Shown: positions 38,540 through 53,865 of the stretch, piece by piece
Layout: each line of letters starts with the position of its first letter
Position numbering within the stretch: the stretch's first letter is position 1
NCBI GenBank assembly: GCA_951406725.2
Contig: OX597823.1
Coordinates: 115,196,001-115,260,000, forward strand
Length of the DNA stretch: 64,000 nt
Direction: 5' to 3'
Source: Octopus vulgaris
Taxonomy: Eukaryota
Translations under genes and position numbers: made by a program
Notes under the pieces: model-generated
Seen by the model: only the letters and a program-made list of their open reading frames with translations
Told to the model about the DNA's origin: nothing
Database searches by the model: none

Positions 38540-38847
38540 CAGAGCTTCTCAACCGGGGTCCACAATAGGATTTTGGAGGTCCACGAATGCAATATAGCAA
38601 AGTACAGGTCCACAGATATTTTTCAAGCCATGGAAAAACAGTACTTCAGACTAGTTAAGTTTATTAGCAATAAATCGGTTCTACGGCCACAATGTACAAG
38701 ATATTTCAACAGTTTTTATAATAAGTCTTAATAATATTTAATTATAAAAATGCAATAGGAATTTTTAAACATCGAATTTTAGAAGGGTCCACCCAATTAA
38801 AACTGGAACCTAAAGAGTCCATAGTTAAAAGTGGTTGAAGACCCCTG
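38540..38847. mobile_element. hAT (Charlie-like) MITE
   Basis: CAGAGCTTCTCAACC / GGTTGAAGACCCCTG termini and a degenerate 8-bp TSD (GCCTAGTT/ATCTGGTT). Confidence 0.65.
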
Positions 38848-38948
38848 ATCTGGTTGAACGTGTGCCGTTTGTTTTTAGAAGTGCATTGGGTTTTTTTATG
38901 TCTTTTTATTTTGTTTCGCTTGGTTCTCGATTGCCTCATGTTCCCTGC

Positions 38949-38949
<1 letters not shown>

Positions 38950-38979
<30 letters not shown>

Positions 38980-39359
38980 CATACATACATACACACATGC
39001 ATACATACATACATGCATACATACATACATACATACATACAAACATACATACATACATACATACATACATACACACATGCATACATACATACATGCATAC
39101 ATACATATATACATACATACATACATACATACATACATGCATACATACATACATACATACATACATGCATACATACATACATACATACATACATACATAC
39201 ATACATACATACATACATACATACATACATACATACATACATACATACATACATACATACATACATACATACATACATACATACATACATACATACATAC
39301 ATACATACAAACATACATACATACATACATACACACATACATACATACATACATGCATG

Positions 39360-39391
<32 letters not shown>

Positions 39392-39486
39392 CATACATAC
39401 ATACATACATACATACATACATACATACATACATACATACATACATACATACATACATACATACATACATACATACATACATACAT
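38950..39486. repeat. Long (TACA)n microsatellite
   Basis: Directly visible, ~540 bp. Confidence 0.97.
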
Positions 39487-39519
39487 AGACACATGCATAC
39501 AAACATACACGCAAGCATG

Positions 39520-39740
39520 TGTGTGTGTGTGTGTGTGTTTGTGTGTCTGTGTTTGCCCCCACCCCCAACATCGCTTGACAACCGAAGCTGGTGTGTTTAC
39601 GTCGCAAAAAGTTCGGCGAAAGAGACCAATAGAATAAGTACTAGGCTTAGAAAGTCCTGGGGTCGATTTGCTCGACTCAAGTCGGTGCTCCAGCTTGGCC
39701 GTAGTCAAATGACTGAAACAAGTAAAAGAGAGTAAAAAGA

Positions 39741-39741
<1 letters not shown>
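39520..39741 (+). mobile_element. SINE family A, 3' half
   Basis: Homology from (TG)n to the tail. Confidence 0.85.
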
Positions 39742-39785
<44 letters not shown>

Positions 39786-40471
39786 TGTGTTTTAAATATG
39801 CGAATATATATGTGTGTTTGTGTGTATGTGGGGGGGGGTTAAATATACAAATATATATATGAGCACACATTTATTTAACCCGACACATACACAACTATTT
39901 AGGCATTCTCATATGCATATAAAAAAAAAGCATGCATACAAATATGTATACACATATATACATATATACTCATGCTCCCATTCATACACACATACACACA
40001 CGTACATATGTATGCATTTAATTTAGAATCACGTTCTAACCTCGGGCGAGATTCTGTCTTTCAAAGATTCGGCTAAGTTCGTTGTACATGCGCAGATAAA
40101 AATCTAGCAATAGAACGATTCACGTGACTATTATTATCAAATGGAAATGTGATAAGTTAGCATTGATTTCAGAATGGAAAGAAAATTCTTTGAACAAAAC
40201 TGGAAATCATTTAGAATACAACGGAAACTTCTGAGAGTAACAAAGGAGATGGGAACGAGAGTAGCATTATGCGTGTGTTTGTGTCGAGGGGGTGTGCGTG
40301 CATGTGTGTGTGTATGTGTGAGGGTGCGGGTACGTAAGTGTGTGTGTGTGTGTATGAATATGTGTGTGTCTGCATGTCTGCATCGGTGTGTGTTTGTGTA
40401 TGTGTGTATGAATGCGCATACGAGCATAGGTCGAAGTGTGTGTGTGTGTGTATACGAGTGTATATAGATAT

Positions 40472-40527
<56 letters not shown>

Positions 40528-40532
40528 CTAGC

Positions 40533-40622
<90 letters not shown>

Positions 40623-43600
40623 TGTTATCAGTGTGTGTGTGTGCATGAGTTTGTGTCGCTGTGTTTGTGAGTTGGTGTATGTGTGTATGTGCGCATGGTT
40701 GTCCATACTTGTACATATGCTTCAATATTGTTAGAATTACAGAGAATAATAAGTCCTTCCAAGCAATATTAATACAATAGAGATACAATATGGCAGAAGT
40801 CCGTTATAAGTCGACGCACGGAACAATGGAATTAAAATTACCATATTGTACAATATGATAGAAGACAATTGAGGTGGCTACAAATACAATACAATAGAAG
40901 AGAGAACAATAACAACAATAATATATATATATGTATGTACGTATGTATGTATGTATGTATGTATGTAGTTTTGTGTGCAGAGTGCCATACACTAGTTGGT
41001 GAGTCAAAAATAATTAATAATTAATTGAAATTAAGACACTATTGAAAAGAACGCTTTTACTGTTAATGGAAATTTATTCTCAAAAGGGGGAAGGGAGAGA
41101 ACTCTCAGAATTATATTTAATTTAAATGAAGTTATGAAGTTAGGGGTAGACTGAGCCTGAGTCATTGGTAACCATGGTGACTATTCTAAGCAAGTTATTG
41201 GATGTCCACAGCGAAGTATTAACTACACAATGGCTACCAAGATATCAGCTGTTGGCTAAAGAAAACAGCTATAAACAGAAGAAAGGCCTATGTTGTAAAT
41301 AGAATTGATTCCGTAATTTAGGAGAGTAACAGTTGTAAAAATGATATCGCAGATAAATCTGTACCGCCATCGTCACAATGAAATGACGTTAAAGCGTAAA
41401 GACCTCAAGGTGCTTTTGTGATGTCACAATGGCACGGTAGTAACATCGTAACCACTTGATTATGACGTTGCTAAACAGTATTGCGTGTGTAACAGTTCGC
41501 TTAGTAACACATGTCGTCCGAACAAGTTTGACAAAATCCATCACTTCATCCTCCTTCCCAAATGAGAAAAGGAAAGAAAGAAGGAAAAGAAAAACAGAGA
41601 TAAAGAGAGGAAGATGAGGGCTGGTGAGATTGAGGGGAGGAGATAGGGGGGACTGTGGCTCTACTTAGATCATTAATTGCTTAATCTGATTAGTTTAAGT
41701 GAACACATTAATCCGACACCTTCACCGACCGACAGCCAAAACAAATCCATCGATTTTTTTTTAATAGTTAATTTGCCGTTCTAGATTGGATACCAACAGC
41801 TTTTAACCGAGGGTGTCTCCCACACACTCACCCTAACATAAACATGCATACAACTGTATACGACATACACATACACACACACAAGTATTTTCATTTATGC
41901 ATGTATATATGTATACGTATGATGTGTGTGCTGTCTTAGTAAGCAAGATAGACAATGTCTACCAAGACTTAAACCATAAGTTTTGGTTTTTCTACGGAAT
42001 CTTGCATACCATTATATAATATATGTTGCCTGTTCACTCGTAGAAATAATACAAGAAACGAATTTTCAAAAATAACAACGAGTCTATATTCCTCCGTTGA
42101 ATAACACAGCGGACCAAATAAAACATCATGAATTCTGATAGTTGTATAGTTCATCCATTATTTGAATAATTCAGCTCGGGTCGTCGCTGGTTACATGTTA
42201 TATTAATTTTATATTAATTAATATAATTAATGTTATATTAATTTTGTTCTCCGTTATATTAATTTTGCTCTGGTGAATAACGGCAGAAAAACATGACTCG
42301 CCTTCACCCCTCTCTGCTAGATAAAAGCTCAGTACAGCCCTAAAAAGCCCTCGCATTTGTTTTTGTTATGCCAGCAGTGACTTTAACCTCATATCTTTAG
42401 CAAGCAGCGAATCCCCCGAAAAGAACCATCGGACAAATCTTTTGACGTTATAAAGCCGAATGCTGATTTTCCTGTGCCTCGAGAGAAAAGTCCACGCAGT
42501 TAAAACCCAGTTTTCCCAATATTCTACTCATTTTCTGATGTGCATCTTCTTTGACCCTGCCCAAATATTCTACCTTTTGTTATGTTCATACCAACCAGAA
42601 CCAGCCTCTCACACCTACACTACAATGTCATTCTAAAAGTATGCAATCACATCATTGAGATCCCAAAGCCTTGATAACGTATAATTAATTCAGACCAATA
42701 TAAATGAATAAGCATTACATTTGACAGAGTTTTAGCGAAGTGGGTTAAGCGTGTCTCTAACGCTGGTATAATTACAAGTCCTTGGTTCTAATGAGACTTG
42801 TATAAAACATTGGAAAGAAATACAAGAAAACGAGTTATAATTATCTGCTACGTTTTATTCAACTGCTAAATGAATTTGTACAACAACTGGTTTGTTACAT
42901 AATGATGATACTGTCTGAAGGAAGTAGATATATTTGCTTCTCAAATAAACCGGAACTTGATGTGTGCTGGGCAGACAGGAACAGAAATGCGTGACAGCCC
43001 TTCTTGCAGTCTCTCAGGCAGGTGCACGGTAAACAGTAACACACGTTGTGCGTCAAATCTCTCCTCTCTGAACCAAGTTGGAGGAAATTCCTTTATTATC
43101 GATACCATCAGACTCCAGAGAGCAAAGAATATTTTGCCGCGCTGGGTTGGTCTGTCAAGTGATCCGATTGGACAACTAACGTATCTAAATCTCAACAGTA
43201 GACTTGGTCAATGTGTTACACCATCATATGACCAGGTCACGTGACCAATCGAAGAAAACCTGTGTATGAGCCATTTTCTGATTATTCTTTTTGTATAATC
43301 GTAAGAATTCCCAAGTGTAGAATACAAATTCGCAAAAATTTCCTGAAAATTCCAAAACGCAACAAAAAAAAAAGGTTATGAAGGGTTATATGTCGTGCGT
43401 AAAGCAGAAGTTGATTTATTTACAGTTTCATATCAAAACACGTCACGCACAAAATGAGTTTCCAAATCTTGTTTTCTGACTCGGTGAAAATTATCAAACT
43501 TTCAACTTCTTTAGCTTTTTTTTTTTTTAATTAAGTGAAGTTTCTCCTGAAATTCAGCTTGGAAAACAACATTAATACACCAAATTTTAAAATTTTCAAT

Positions 43601-43712
43601 AAGCTTTGAAATTTCCGCAGCGGCATTCAAGCAGAAAAAACCCAGGCCCTCCTCTCCCCATCCCTTCTCCGTAATCTACTGGTGCGAGCTCAGAGCAATA
43701 AGTAAAGTATTG

Positions 43713-44106
43713 TTGGTGCTGCTGCTGTTGCTGTTGAGCGAAGCGGTCTTCGTCCCAGAGCTCGCAAGATCGCGTCTCTGTAGTGGGAGAAGTCCGAAAC
43801 GTGGTCCTTTGCTATTCGTAAGACCCGCAGAAGAGAAAGCAGGTCAACCCCCGACACCGAGAGCATCGACGGATGGATGAATGCGCATCCAGGCTCAGCG
43901 GTCGCTTAGGAAGTCGGGGACAAGAAACAGGAAGAAAGAGTGAGAGAAAGTTGGAGCGAAAGAGTACAACAGGGGTCGCTACCACCCCCTGCTTGGAGCT
44001 TTAGGTGTTTTCATTCAATAAACACACACAACACCCGGTCTGAGAATCGAAACCGCGATCCTCCGACCGCGAGTCCGCGGCCCTAACCACTGGGCCATTG
44101 CGCCTC
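43713..44106 (-). mobile_element. SINE family C, tail type 3
   Basis: Homologous over its length to 26700-27078. Confidence 0.87.
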
Positions 44107-44390
44107 TTGTTGGGCAGCCGTTGGTTTTGTTGCTATTAATAGTTACGAAATCGTAAATTTTGAAATATAAAAACAATCCGGATTCTGTGTGTGTGTCATG
44201 TTTGTATCATAAATATCATAGTTTTATATATCTGTAAGGCTGTAGGGACTGCAGATACGTGTCTCCATGCTAAGAGAACAATAACTAATCAATCACCTTG
44301 ATTTCTTTTATTTGGGCAGATGGCCCTTATAAAGAGGGGACATCACAAGAACAGACAAAACAAGACATTGGGGTACATATAAAACACATA

Positions 44391-44625
44391 AAGGCGGTGA
44401 GGAGCTGGCAGAAACGTCAGCGCGCCGGGCGAAATACTTAGCGGTATTTCGTCTGCCGTTACGTTCTGAGTTCAAATTCCGTCGAGGTCGACTTTGCCTT
44501 TCATCCTTTTGGGGTCGATTAAATAAGTACCAGCTACGCACTGGGGTCGATATAATCGGCTTAATCCGTTTGTCTGTCCTTGTTTGTTCCCTCTGTGTTT
44601 AGCCCCTTGTCGGTAGTAAAGAAAT
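44391..44625 (+). mobile_element. SINE family B monomer
   Basis: Consensus match. TSD TACATATAA(A/C)ACACAT. Confidence 0.9.
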
Positions 44626-45120
44626 ACATATAACACACATATCGAATGGACTATGATAAAAAAAAAATGAGGATGAGATGGCTTACTCGCCTCCCAAAGC
44701 AAGCACCATATAAATTTGTATCTTGACCATTTGAAGCACTCTTCTTTGATTGGTTAATTTTTGCTTTTCGGTATAGCCCACTAGTTGTATGAATACGTAG
44801 TAGTAGTCAGTGAAACCGTATTCACTGAGTCCACAGCTTGATACACCGTTGGTATTGTGACTATCTGAAGGCAGGAGAAACAGCACGAACGACTGAAGAT
44901 TTTTAACAATGCCCTTAATTAGCTATGGTTTGTTTTCTCAGCGAGTCGACCGAGATTGTTCGCAGTGACCGGTACCAATGATAATCGGAAGGGAAATTCT
45001 ATGAAAGCTCCAGTGCCAACCGTCCGTCAGATGACGGGAAATTTGGGAAGTAGACTTTTGCTAACATCAATAATATCAGCAAATATGGCTTCTTTACGAT
45101 AATTGTAATTTAACTGTTAT

Positions 45121-45336
45121 AAGGTGGCGAGCTTGCAGAAATTCTAAGCGGTATTTCGTCTGCCGTTACGTTCTGAGTTCAAATTCCGCCGAGGTCGACT
45201 TTGCCTTTCATCCTTTCGGGGTCGATAAATTAAGTACTAGTTTCGCACTGGGGTCGATGTAATCGACTTAATCCCTTTGTCTGTCCTTGTTTGTCCCCTC
45301 TATGTTTAGCCCCTTGCGGGTAGTAAAGAAATATAC
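45121..45336 (+). mobile_element. SINE family B monomer
   Basis: Perfect 14-bp TSD AATTTAACTGTTAT (45107-45120, 45337-45350). Confidence 0.92.
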
Positions 45337-45645
45337 AATTTAACTGTTATCAGATTTCTTTGTTCTTATTCAAAATAAAGAAATGAGTGAGGACCAATAT
45401 TTATTTGAAACATTTCCTCCTCCACTCCATCATCATCCTTCTCCTCCTCTTCCGCCTACTCCTTCTTCATCTCTGCCTCCTTCTTCTCCTCCTCCTTTTC
45501 CTATATATATCACTCTTTCTCTCTCACTCTGGTGCAATGTGTGTCGCCTTGCACCAAGTCTTGTGTATGTATTCCTCCTTACTTTATAGTAATTATCTCT
45601 GTATCTCTCTATTACTCACTCACTCACTCACTCTCTCTCTCACTC

Positions 45646-45697
<52 letters not shown>

Positions 45698-46869
45698 ACT
45701 CCCGCCTTCTCTCTATACGAGCGTGACTGAAGAAGTCAACCAATCAACCAACCAGCCAATGTATTTCGGTGTCTATTATTAAATAGAGATATTCTACTCT
45801 GTTTGTTGTGTTTATATTCCCAGAACGAAAGTTGTGTCAGTCTCATTATCTGCTTATTAATGAGAAAACATGACGTTTGTTGTTATTTCAGAAATATGAG
45901 AAAACCATCATACAGTTTGGCAATTCTGAAGATACAATGTTTGTATCTAAAATACAACTGATATTTTGTAAAAACGGATAATTTCTATGTATTTGATGTT
46001 ATAACCGTAACAAATATCTCATAAATCAAATAAATTTTTGATTTATTAAAACGATCTCCGCCTCTAGGAGATAGTAAATGACAATTGTGGCTATCTCCAT
46101 ATAAAAAGGGGAAATAATCTAAAGAATAAAGAATTCTCCAAAGTTGGCACGGCATTAAAGAAAAGGACAGGGTTATTGTCCGGAGATAAAAGAACAGCGA
46201 TGGCAGATATTTTCCGTGAAATCTCCTTCACTGGGAGAGGGAAGTTCTATGGCACTTATGTTTCATCTTTAAAACAGGACGGGACTACAAACGAAAGCCC
46301 AAATTGTATATGATATACTTGCCTATAAAATACTGTCTGCTGTATTTTAGAAGACGTAACTATCGGTAATATGTGGTTGGGTGAGTGACTACGAGTCTTC
46401 AAATCCACACGACTTTGCAAGACGACAGTCAACTGTATCAGGCAGAGAATGCCAAGAAGACCTTAGAACTTAGCACCGAAGGTAGATGGATTAACTGCTA
46501 AACATGTGACAGGAAAAGCCACTTAAGGACATCCTGCATAGAAGGCCTGAAAGAGCACAAGCACCAAAGTTAAATCGTAGAGGTTGCCGATCCAAAAGCA
46601 ACTCTGTGGGTCGGCAAATAAACTGACTTTTCTTGTTGAGTGAGGTAAGCCAAGAAATTCCTTTTTCCAACAACGAGGAAAGGTTCTGACAGAAGGAAGA
46701 AAGATAACTAAGCGGCCAGGAAGAACCCTCTCCTGGCATAAAGTAGAGAAGATGCTTCCTCGAGAACGTGAGGTACACGGATCGATACAAAGGGTCGCTT
46801 AAAACCTATATAAATATCCTTTTAATTATTACGCGTTTTATCATACTTTTTTTTTATCTTCTTTTACTC

Positions 46870-47273
46870 TTCATTCTTTTATTCTTTTACTTGTTTCAGT
46901 CATTTGACTGCGGCCATGCTGGAGCACCGCTTTTGTCGAGCGACTCGACCCCAGGACTTATTCTTTGGAAGCCTAGTACTTATTCTATCGGTTTACGGGG
47001 ACGTAAACACACCACCATAGGTTGTCAAGTGATGTTGGAGGGATAAACACAGACACATAAACACACAGATATATATATATATATTCTTTTATTTTTTTCA
47101 GTCACTTGATTGCGGACATGCTGGAGCACCGCCTTTTGTCGAGCAAATCGATCACAGGGCTTATTCTTTGTAAGCCCAGTACTTATTCTATCGGTGTCTT
47201 TTGCCGAGCCGCTAAGTGATGGGGACATAAACACACCAGCGTCAGTTGTCAAACGCATACACACGCGCGCGCA

Positions 47274-47306
<33 letters not shown>

Positions 47307-47330
47307 CACATTATACACACACACACACAC

Positions 47331-47372
<42 letters not shown>

Positions 47373-47535
47373 ACAGGATTCTTTCAGTTTCCGTCTACCA
47401 AATCCACTCACAAGGCTTTGGTCAGCCCGAAGCTATAGCAGAAGACACTTGCCCAAGGTGCCACGCAGTGAGACTGAACCCGGAACTATGTGGTTTGTAA
47501 GCAAACTACTTACCACACAGCCATTCCTGCGCCTA

Positions 47536-47568
<33 letters not shown>

Positions 47569-47830
47569 TACACACGCACACGTGTGCATATACATCCTTG
47601 TGTCTGTGTTTGGCCCCATCATCGATTGACAACCGGTGTTAGAGTGTTTACTACCACCAGCGACAGCACCACCACCCGCAACTTAGCGGTTCGGCAAAAG
47701 AATTCGATATAATAAGTTCTAGGATTTAAAAAATATATATAAGTACTAGTTTCGATTTATTCTACTAAAAATCCTTCTAGGTGATGCCCCATCATGGCCG
47801 CAGTCTAACGGCTGAAACAAATAAAAATAT
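46870..47830. mobile_element. Cluster of three SINE family A copies
   Basis: Minus 46870-47075 (3' half), minus 47085-47533 (full) and plus 47597-47830 (3' half). Confidence 0.85.
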
Positions 47831-48487
47831 AATATGGAAGATGAAAGATTAACGATGAAGGTAAGGTATGAAGTGAAGTAATTTGATTGTTATTTCTACC
47901 TATTTCTGTGATGAACTGAATACCTGACACAATTCTCATGTGAGGTTAAAATCCTTTCCGTTCAGTATACCGCGCTGTTCTATAATGCAACGCCGTGTAC
48001 AAAATCATTAATTAATTCGTAGATGAAAGCTGAGGCCGCCATATTTTCTATCGATTATTTACCTGACTTGAACATTAAATCTTTGCTTGAAATGTGTCAG
48101 CGAACCAGCTGTTGTTTCTTTGTGTTTTGCAGCGCACGCGCGCGAACGCACGCACACACACGCGCGAACGCACGCACACACGCGCGCGCGCAGACTGATT
48201 GACTCCTACACACATAAACATGTGAAATGCTTTTGTAGACATGTACAAAAATAAAGAATGTACATATACATGACACGCACATAGTATGTATGTCATTATT
48301 CGGTTTGATTTGAAGATGTCTTGCCAATAGAGAAAGAATCGGTTTCTAACCCAGATCTAAAGTTCCTACCTTGGAATTTCAACATCAACAACAGGGTATG
48401 TATGTATGTATATATATATATATATTATATTTTGTGAAATTTGATTTAGTTTTTCTAAATTGAATTTTCCCCTGTAAGTTTGGAATA

Positions 48488-48541
<54 letters not shown>

Positions 48542-48896
48542 ATGTAAGCTTACGTACATGCATTTATACAATATGCAACAGGTATAACTCTAAGAACAAC
48601 TGGTCAATGAGCAACTTGAGTGTGAGGTGGATTGTGGTCTGTGGCAAATTCACACACACACACACACACACACAGGTATACATACGCACACACGCGCGCA
48701 CACATACGCACTCATATACGCACACACATTCTACACATCGTCACACAGGACAAACCAATCAATAACTTGTATTTAGATTACTAAATTTAATTTTCGATTG
48801 GCCAACAAAAACATTCCAATCGCAACAAGTTCATTCAGGTTTCCCAATCTTTCGTTTGTATCGGGAAATGTGATGAATGTTTTCATCGACTTAATC

Positions 48897-49085
48897 TCTT
48901 CTTCTTCTTCTTCTTCTTCTTCTTCTTCTTCTTCTTCTTCTTCTTCTTCTTCTTCTTCTTCTTCTTCTTCTTCTTCTTCTTCTTCTTCTTCTTCTTCTTC
49001 TTCTTCTTCTTCTTCTTCTTCTTCTTCTTCTTCTTCTTCTTCTTCTTCTTCTTCTTCTTCTTCTCCTCCTCCTCCTCCTCCTCCT
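48897..49085. repeat. (CTT)n then (CCT)n microsatellite
   Basis: Directly visible. Confidence 0.97.
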
Positions 49086-50127
49086 TTTTTAAGTCTTATT
49101 TTTATTACATAAAAAACGAATACTCTTAAAGTAAAGAAACAGATAATATTTGACAAACTTTAACGTCTGTCGCATTTGCTTCCAGGAAAAAAGACATTTC
49201 TTTTTCAGTAAGTCCATCTGCTGCCAACACCCACTCCAGGGGTCGTAGGCGTCTCGTCATTCTGTGACTGATAGTGCTTGAGTAAGCATAAAGGTTGCGA
49301 CATCTGCAAAGATCACAAGGCAGAAGAGCAAGTGTGTTTGTTGTCTTTCTGACATACTTTTTCTACGATAAAGCAGCAATCCTCGGTCAAACGGAAATAG
49401 AAGACAGTTGTAAATATCTTCCCGGTAGGTGAACTACCTTGGCTCACAGTGCAATCTCCTCCTTTTACTGGAGAGTATAAAAGATAAGGGCCTTAGATTA
49501 TACTCCAAGTATTAATAATGATTCACTGAAAGAACTTTTCTGGAATAGTCTGTCCCAAACTCTCTAGACTTGCAAAGCTACTGGGATAAGCTGCCGGTTT
49601 GGGACAAGCTCAATAGGCAATTATGTGCCGCGGAATAGAAGGCTCAGAGATATTTTCCTCTGGTGTCTGCGTATCATAGACTGGTAGAACCATGTAGGTC
49701 CGTTTCCAATGTAGAATGGATTCAGCTAGCAGTCAAGTCACTAGTAAATCAAGTCCCCGACTTGATTTTCTGAGGAACAAGCAGTAATTGAAACGGAAAG
49801 AACATGGAGCTTCTCTACTTCAAACGAATTCTCATCAACATCTTTAGGAGTCATCTCAGGTGGAACTCGAAGAATTTTATGAATAGAGAATAAAAGCAAC
49901 TGGATGAGGATGAAAGAACAGATCCTACAGTTTCTCCAGGAAGTCAAACGAATTTGGGTTTTGAGGGTGCCCCATAACTCTGTGACAGTTAGTTTGTATC
50001 AGCTTATACACACAAGCATACATATTTATCTGTATGAGTGATGTTATATAGATGAATTGAATTAAAATCAGCTTAATGTTTATAACCATGTGTTATACAG
50101 GAAAAGAACTAGGGTCCTAGAAACCGT

Positions 50128-50745
50128 AAGGTGGCGAGGAGCTGGCAGAAACGTTAGCACACCGGGCGAAATGCGTAGCCGTACATCTTCTGCTGGGCGG
50201 CGAGCTGGCAAGGGCGGCGAGCTGGCAAGGGCGGCGAGCTGGCAAGGGCGGCGAGCTGGCAAGGGCGGCGAGCTGGCAAGGGCGGCGAGCTGGCAAGGGC
50301 GGCGAGCTGGCAAGGGCGGCGAGCTGGCAAGGGCGGCGAGCTGGCAGAAACGTTAGCACGCCGGGTGAGATGCTTAGCGGTATTTCGTCTGTCGTTACGT
50401 TCTGAGTTCAAATTCCGCCGAGGTCGACTTTGCCTTTCATCCTTTCGGGGTCGATAAATTAAGTACCAGTTACGCACTGGGGTCGATGTAATCGACTTAA
50501 TACCTATGTCTGTCCTTGTTTGTCCCCTCTGTGTTTAGCCCCTTGTGGGTAATAAAGAAATACGTATTTCTTCTGCTGCTACGTTCTCAGTTCAAATTCC
50601 GCCGAGGTCGACTTTGCCTTTCATTCTTTCGGGGTCGATAAATTAAGTACCAGTTTCGTACTGGAGTTGATGTAATCGACTTAATCCCTTTGTTTGTCCT
50701 TGTTTGTCCCCTCTATGTTTAGCCCCTTGTGGACAGTAAAGAAAT
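50128..50745 (+). mobile_element. SINE family B with duplicated head, 17-bp tandem stutter and dimeric body
   Basis: Partial head at 50128-50194, (GGGCGGCGAGCTGGCAA)8 at 50195-50330, then a complete element and a second body unit. Confidence 0.9.
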
Positions 50746-51410
50746 ATATACTCACTGCTGTATGTGTATAAAATCTAACTAAAAGCGATTTTTTTTGCTT
50801 TTATAAATGTAAATTAGATTTTTGCCCAAGACTCTTATGTTTTAGAGTTAATATTATTCCCCCTCTTAAACGTGGATGCTCTGTTCGGAATACTGCCTTT
50901 GTCGCTAGTACACAAACACACACACACACGCGCACACACACGCGCACACACTCACACACTCACACCACAAAGAGCTTTTTTCAAATCGTGTTATCTTCAC
51001 AGGAACATTAATGTTTCCCCCACAAGTGTCAAGTTACTTTGTTTTAATTATATTTTCATTAATTGACTTTTGACCCTACCTTTTTTTTTTGTTTGGTCAC
51101 GTGAATGGATTTTGCGTCCAATATCAATATTTACTACTTCAATTTACAGGGAATTTTTTTCTTTTCTATTTCTCTCTCTCTCTCTATTCTTTTTTCCAAT
51201 GTTCTTTCCAGAGATACCTGTTGTACATAACACCTGGCGCTGACACATTACCAGTGAAGTGAACATGTGCTGTAATACATAATTTATGTCAGGTCTGTTC
51301 GTGTCTGTTTGTCGGCATATCTTTAATATTATACAACACAACAAACTTTTGATTTCCACCGTACATTTCGGTCAATGCTTTATCAATTCTCTTTTCTTGA
51401 GATAGTAAAT

Positions 51411-51462
51411 TTATTATTATTATTATCATTATTATTATTATTATTATTATTATCATTATTAC

Positions 51463-51496
<34 letters not shown>

Positions 51497-51581
51497 TTTA
51501 TTATTTTTATTATTTTTATTATTTTATTATTATTATTATTATTATTATCATTATTATTATTATTATTATTATCATTATTAC

Positions 51582-51615
<34 letters not shown>

Positions 51616-51664
51616 TTTATTATTTTTATTATTTTTATTATTTTATTATTATTATTATTATTAT

Positions 51665-51695
<31 letters not shown>

Positions 51696-51722
51696 TTTAT
51701 TATTTTATTATTATTATTATTA

Positions 51723-51804
<82 letters not shown>

Positions 51805-51805
51805 C

Positions 51806-51850
<45 letters not shown>

Positions 51851-51870
51851 GTCATCATCATCATCATGGT
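51411..51870. repeat. (TTA)n/(TCA)n compound microsatellite
   Basis: Directly visible. Confidence 0.95.
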
Positions 51871-51920
51871 TGTTGTTGTTTTTGCTGTTGTTGTTGTTGT
51901 TGGTGGTGGTGCTGTTGTAT

Positions 51921-52122
51921 AAAGGCGGCGAGCTAGCGGAAACGTTAGCACGCTTAGCGGCATTTCGTCTGTCTTTACGTTCTGAGTTCAAATTCCACCA
52001 AGGTTGACTTTGTTTTCCATCCTTTAGGGATCGATAAAAGAAGTACCAGTTACGTACTGGGGTCGATGTAATCGACTAGCGCCTCCCACCAAATTTCAGG
52101 CCTTTTACCTATAGTAGATAGA
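51921..52122 (+). mobile_element. SINE family B variant with alternative 3' end
   Basis: Family B head and body, then ..CCACCAAATTTCAGGCCTT..TAGA before (TTA)n. Older relatives at ~53150-53370 and 53402-53620. Confidence 0.75.
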
Positions 52123-52834
<712 letters not shown>

Positions 52835-53626
52835 TTATTATTATTATTATCATTATTATTATCATTATTATTATTATTTACAGGTTTGAGGTAACTCCTC
52901 CAAAATATATAGAAGCAAAAAAGAAGAGTACCATTGTCATCAAGTGAACGATATTTCCACATCTCGTGTCTTCCACAGGTTCAAAAAAGAAACGAGTCAA
53001 TCTACTTCATTTCGGTTAATATTTATAGAAAGACAATGGCACTCTTCTTCTTCTTCTTCTTCTTCTTCTTCTTCTTCTTCTTCTTCTTCTTCTTCTTCTT
53101 CTTCTTCTTCTTCTTCTTCTTCTTCTTCGTTGTTGTTGTTGTGATTAGGTTTGTGGCTTGGCGCAGTAGTTTGAGCGTCTCAAAAATACTTTGCGGTATT
53201 TGTACAGCTTCTTTAAGTTCTGAGTTCAAATCCATGGAGGTCAATTTTGCCTCCAATTGCTTTCGGGGTTTATGAAATAAAATATCAATCAAATACTGGA
53301 GTCAACGTAATCGACTAACACCCGCACCTCAAAACCGCAAGCTTTGTGTCTATATCAGAAACCACTAAATGTAATGGTTCCATCGCAATGGTTCGATGTT
53401 TAAGGCGCCAAACTGGCGGAATCGATAACGCATTGGACGGACAAAATGTTTAGCGGCATTTCTTCCGGTTCTTTACGCTCTCAATTCAAATGCAGCCGAG
53501 ACTGACTTTGCTTTTCATCCTTCCTAAGTCTATAAAATAAATACCAGACAGTCCTGGGTCGGTGTAACTGACCGACCCCTCAGCTAAAAATGCTGGCCTT
53601 GGGCCAAACCCTGAAACCATTATTAC

Positions 53627-53685
<59 letters not shown>

Positions 53686-53686
<1 letters not shown>

Positions 53687-53830
53687 TCTTTTACTCTTTT
53701 ACTCTTTTACTTGTTTCAGTCATTGACTGCGGCCATGCTGGAGCACCGCCTTTAGTCGAGCAAATCAACCCCGGGACTTATTCTTTGTAAGCCCAGTACT
53801 TATTCTATCGGTCTCTTTTGCCGAACCGCT
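53686..53830 (-). mobile_element. SINE family A 3' fragment
   Basis: Tail (TACTCTTT)n plus TTGTTTCAGTC..GCGGCCATGCTGGAGCACCGCC. Confidence 0.85.
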
Positions 53831-53865
53831 AATAATAATAATAATAATTATTATTATTATTATTA

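Noticed and set aside
38835-39870. Long ORFs of 200-324 aa (and similar HTYI, CV, YI, SL, poly-E/S/L ORFs throughout)
   Set aside because: They are translations of microsatellites lacking stop codons and are open in several frames on both strands.
42382-42748. piggyBac-type MITE (TTAACC..GGGTTAA)
   Set aside because: The inverted match is only about 6 bp and the internal TIRs do not align.
46150-46800. Possible LINE ORF1 remnant (also 49150-49980, 54480-54660 and 63480-63870)
   Set aside because: Only a vague resemblance, with many stops and no diagnostic motif visible by eye.
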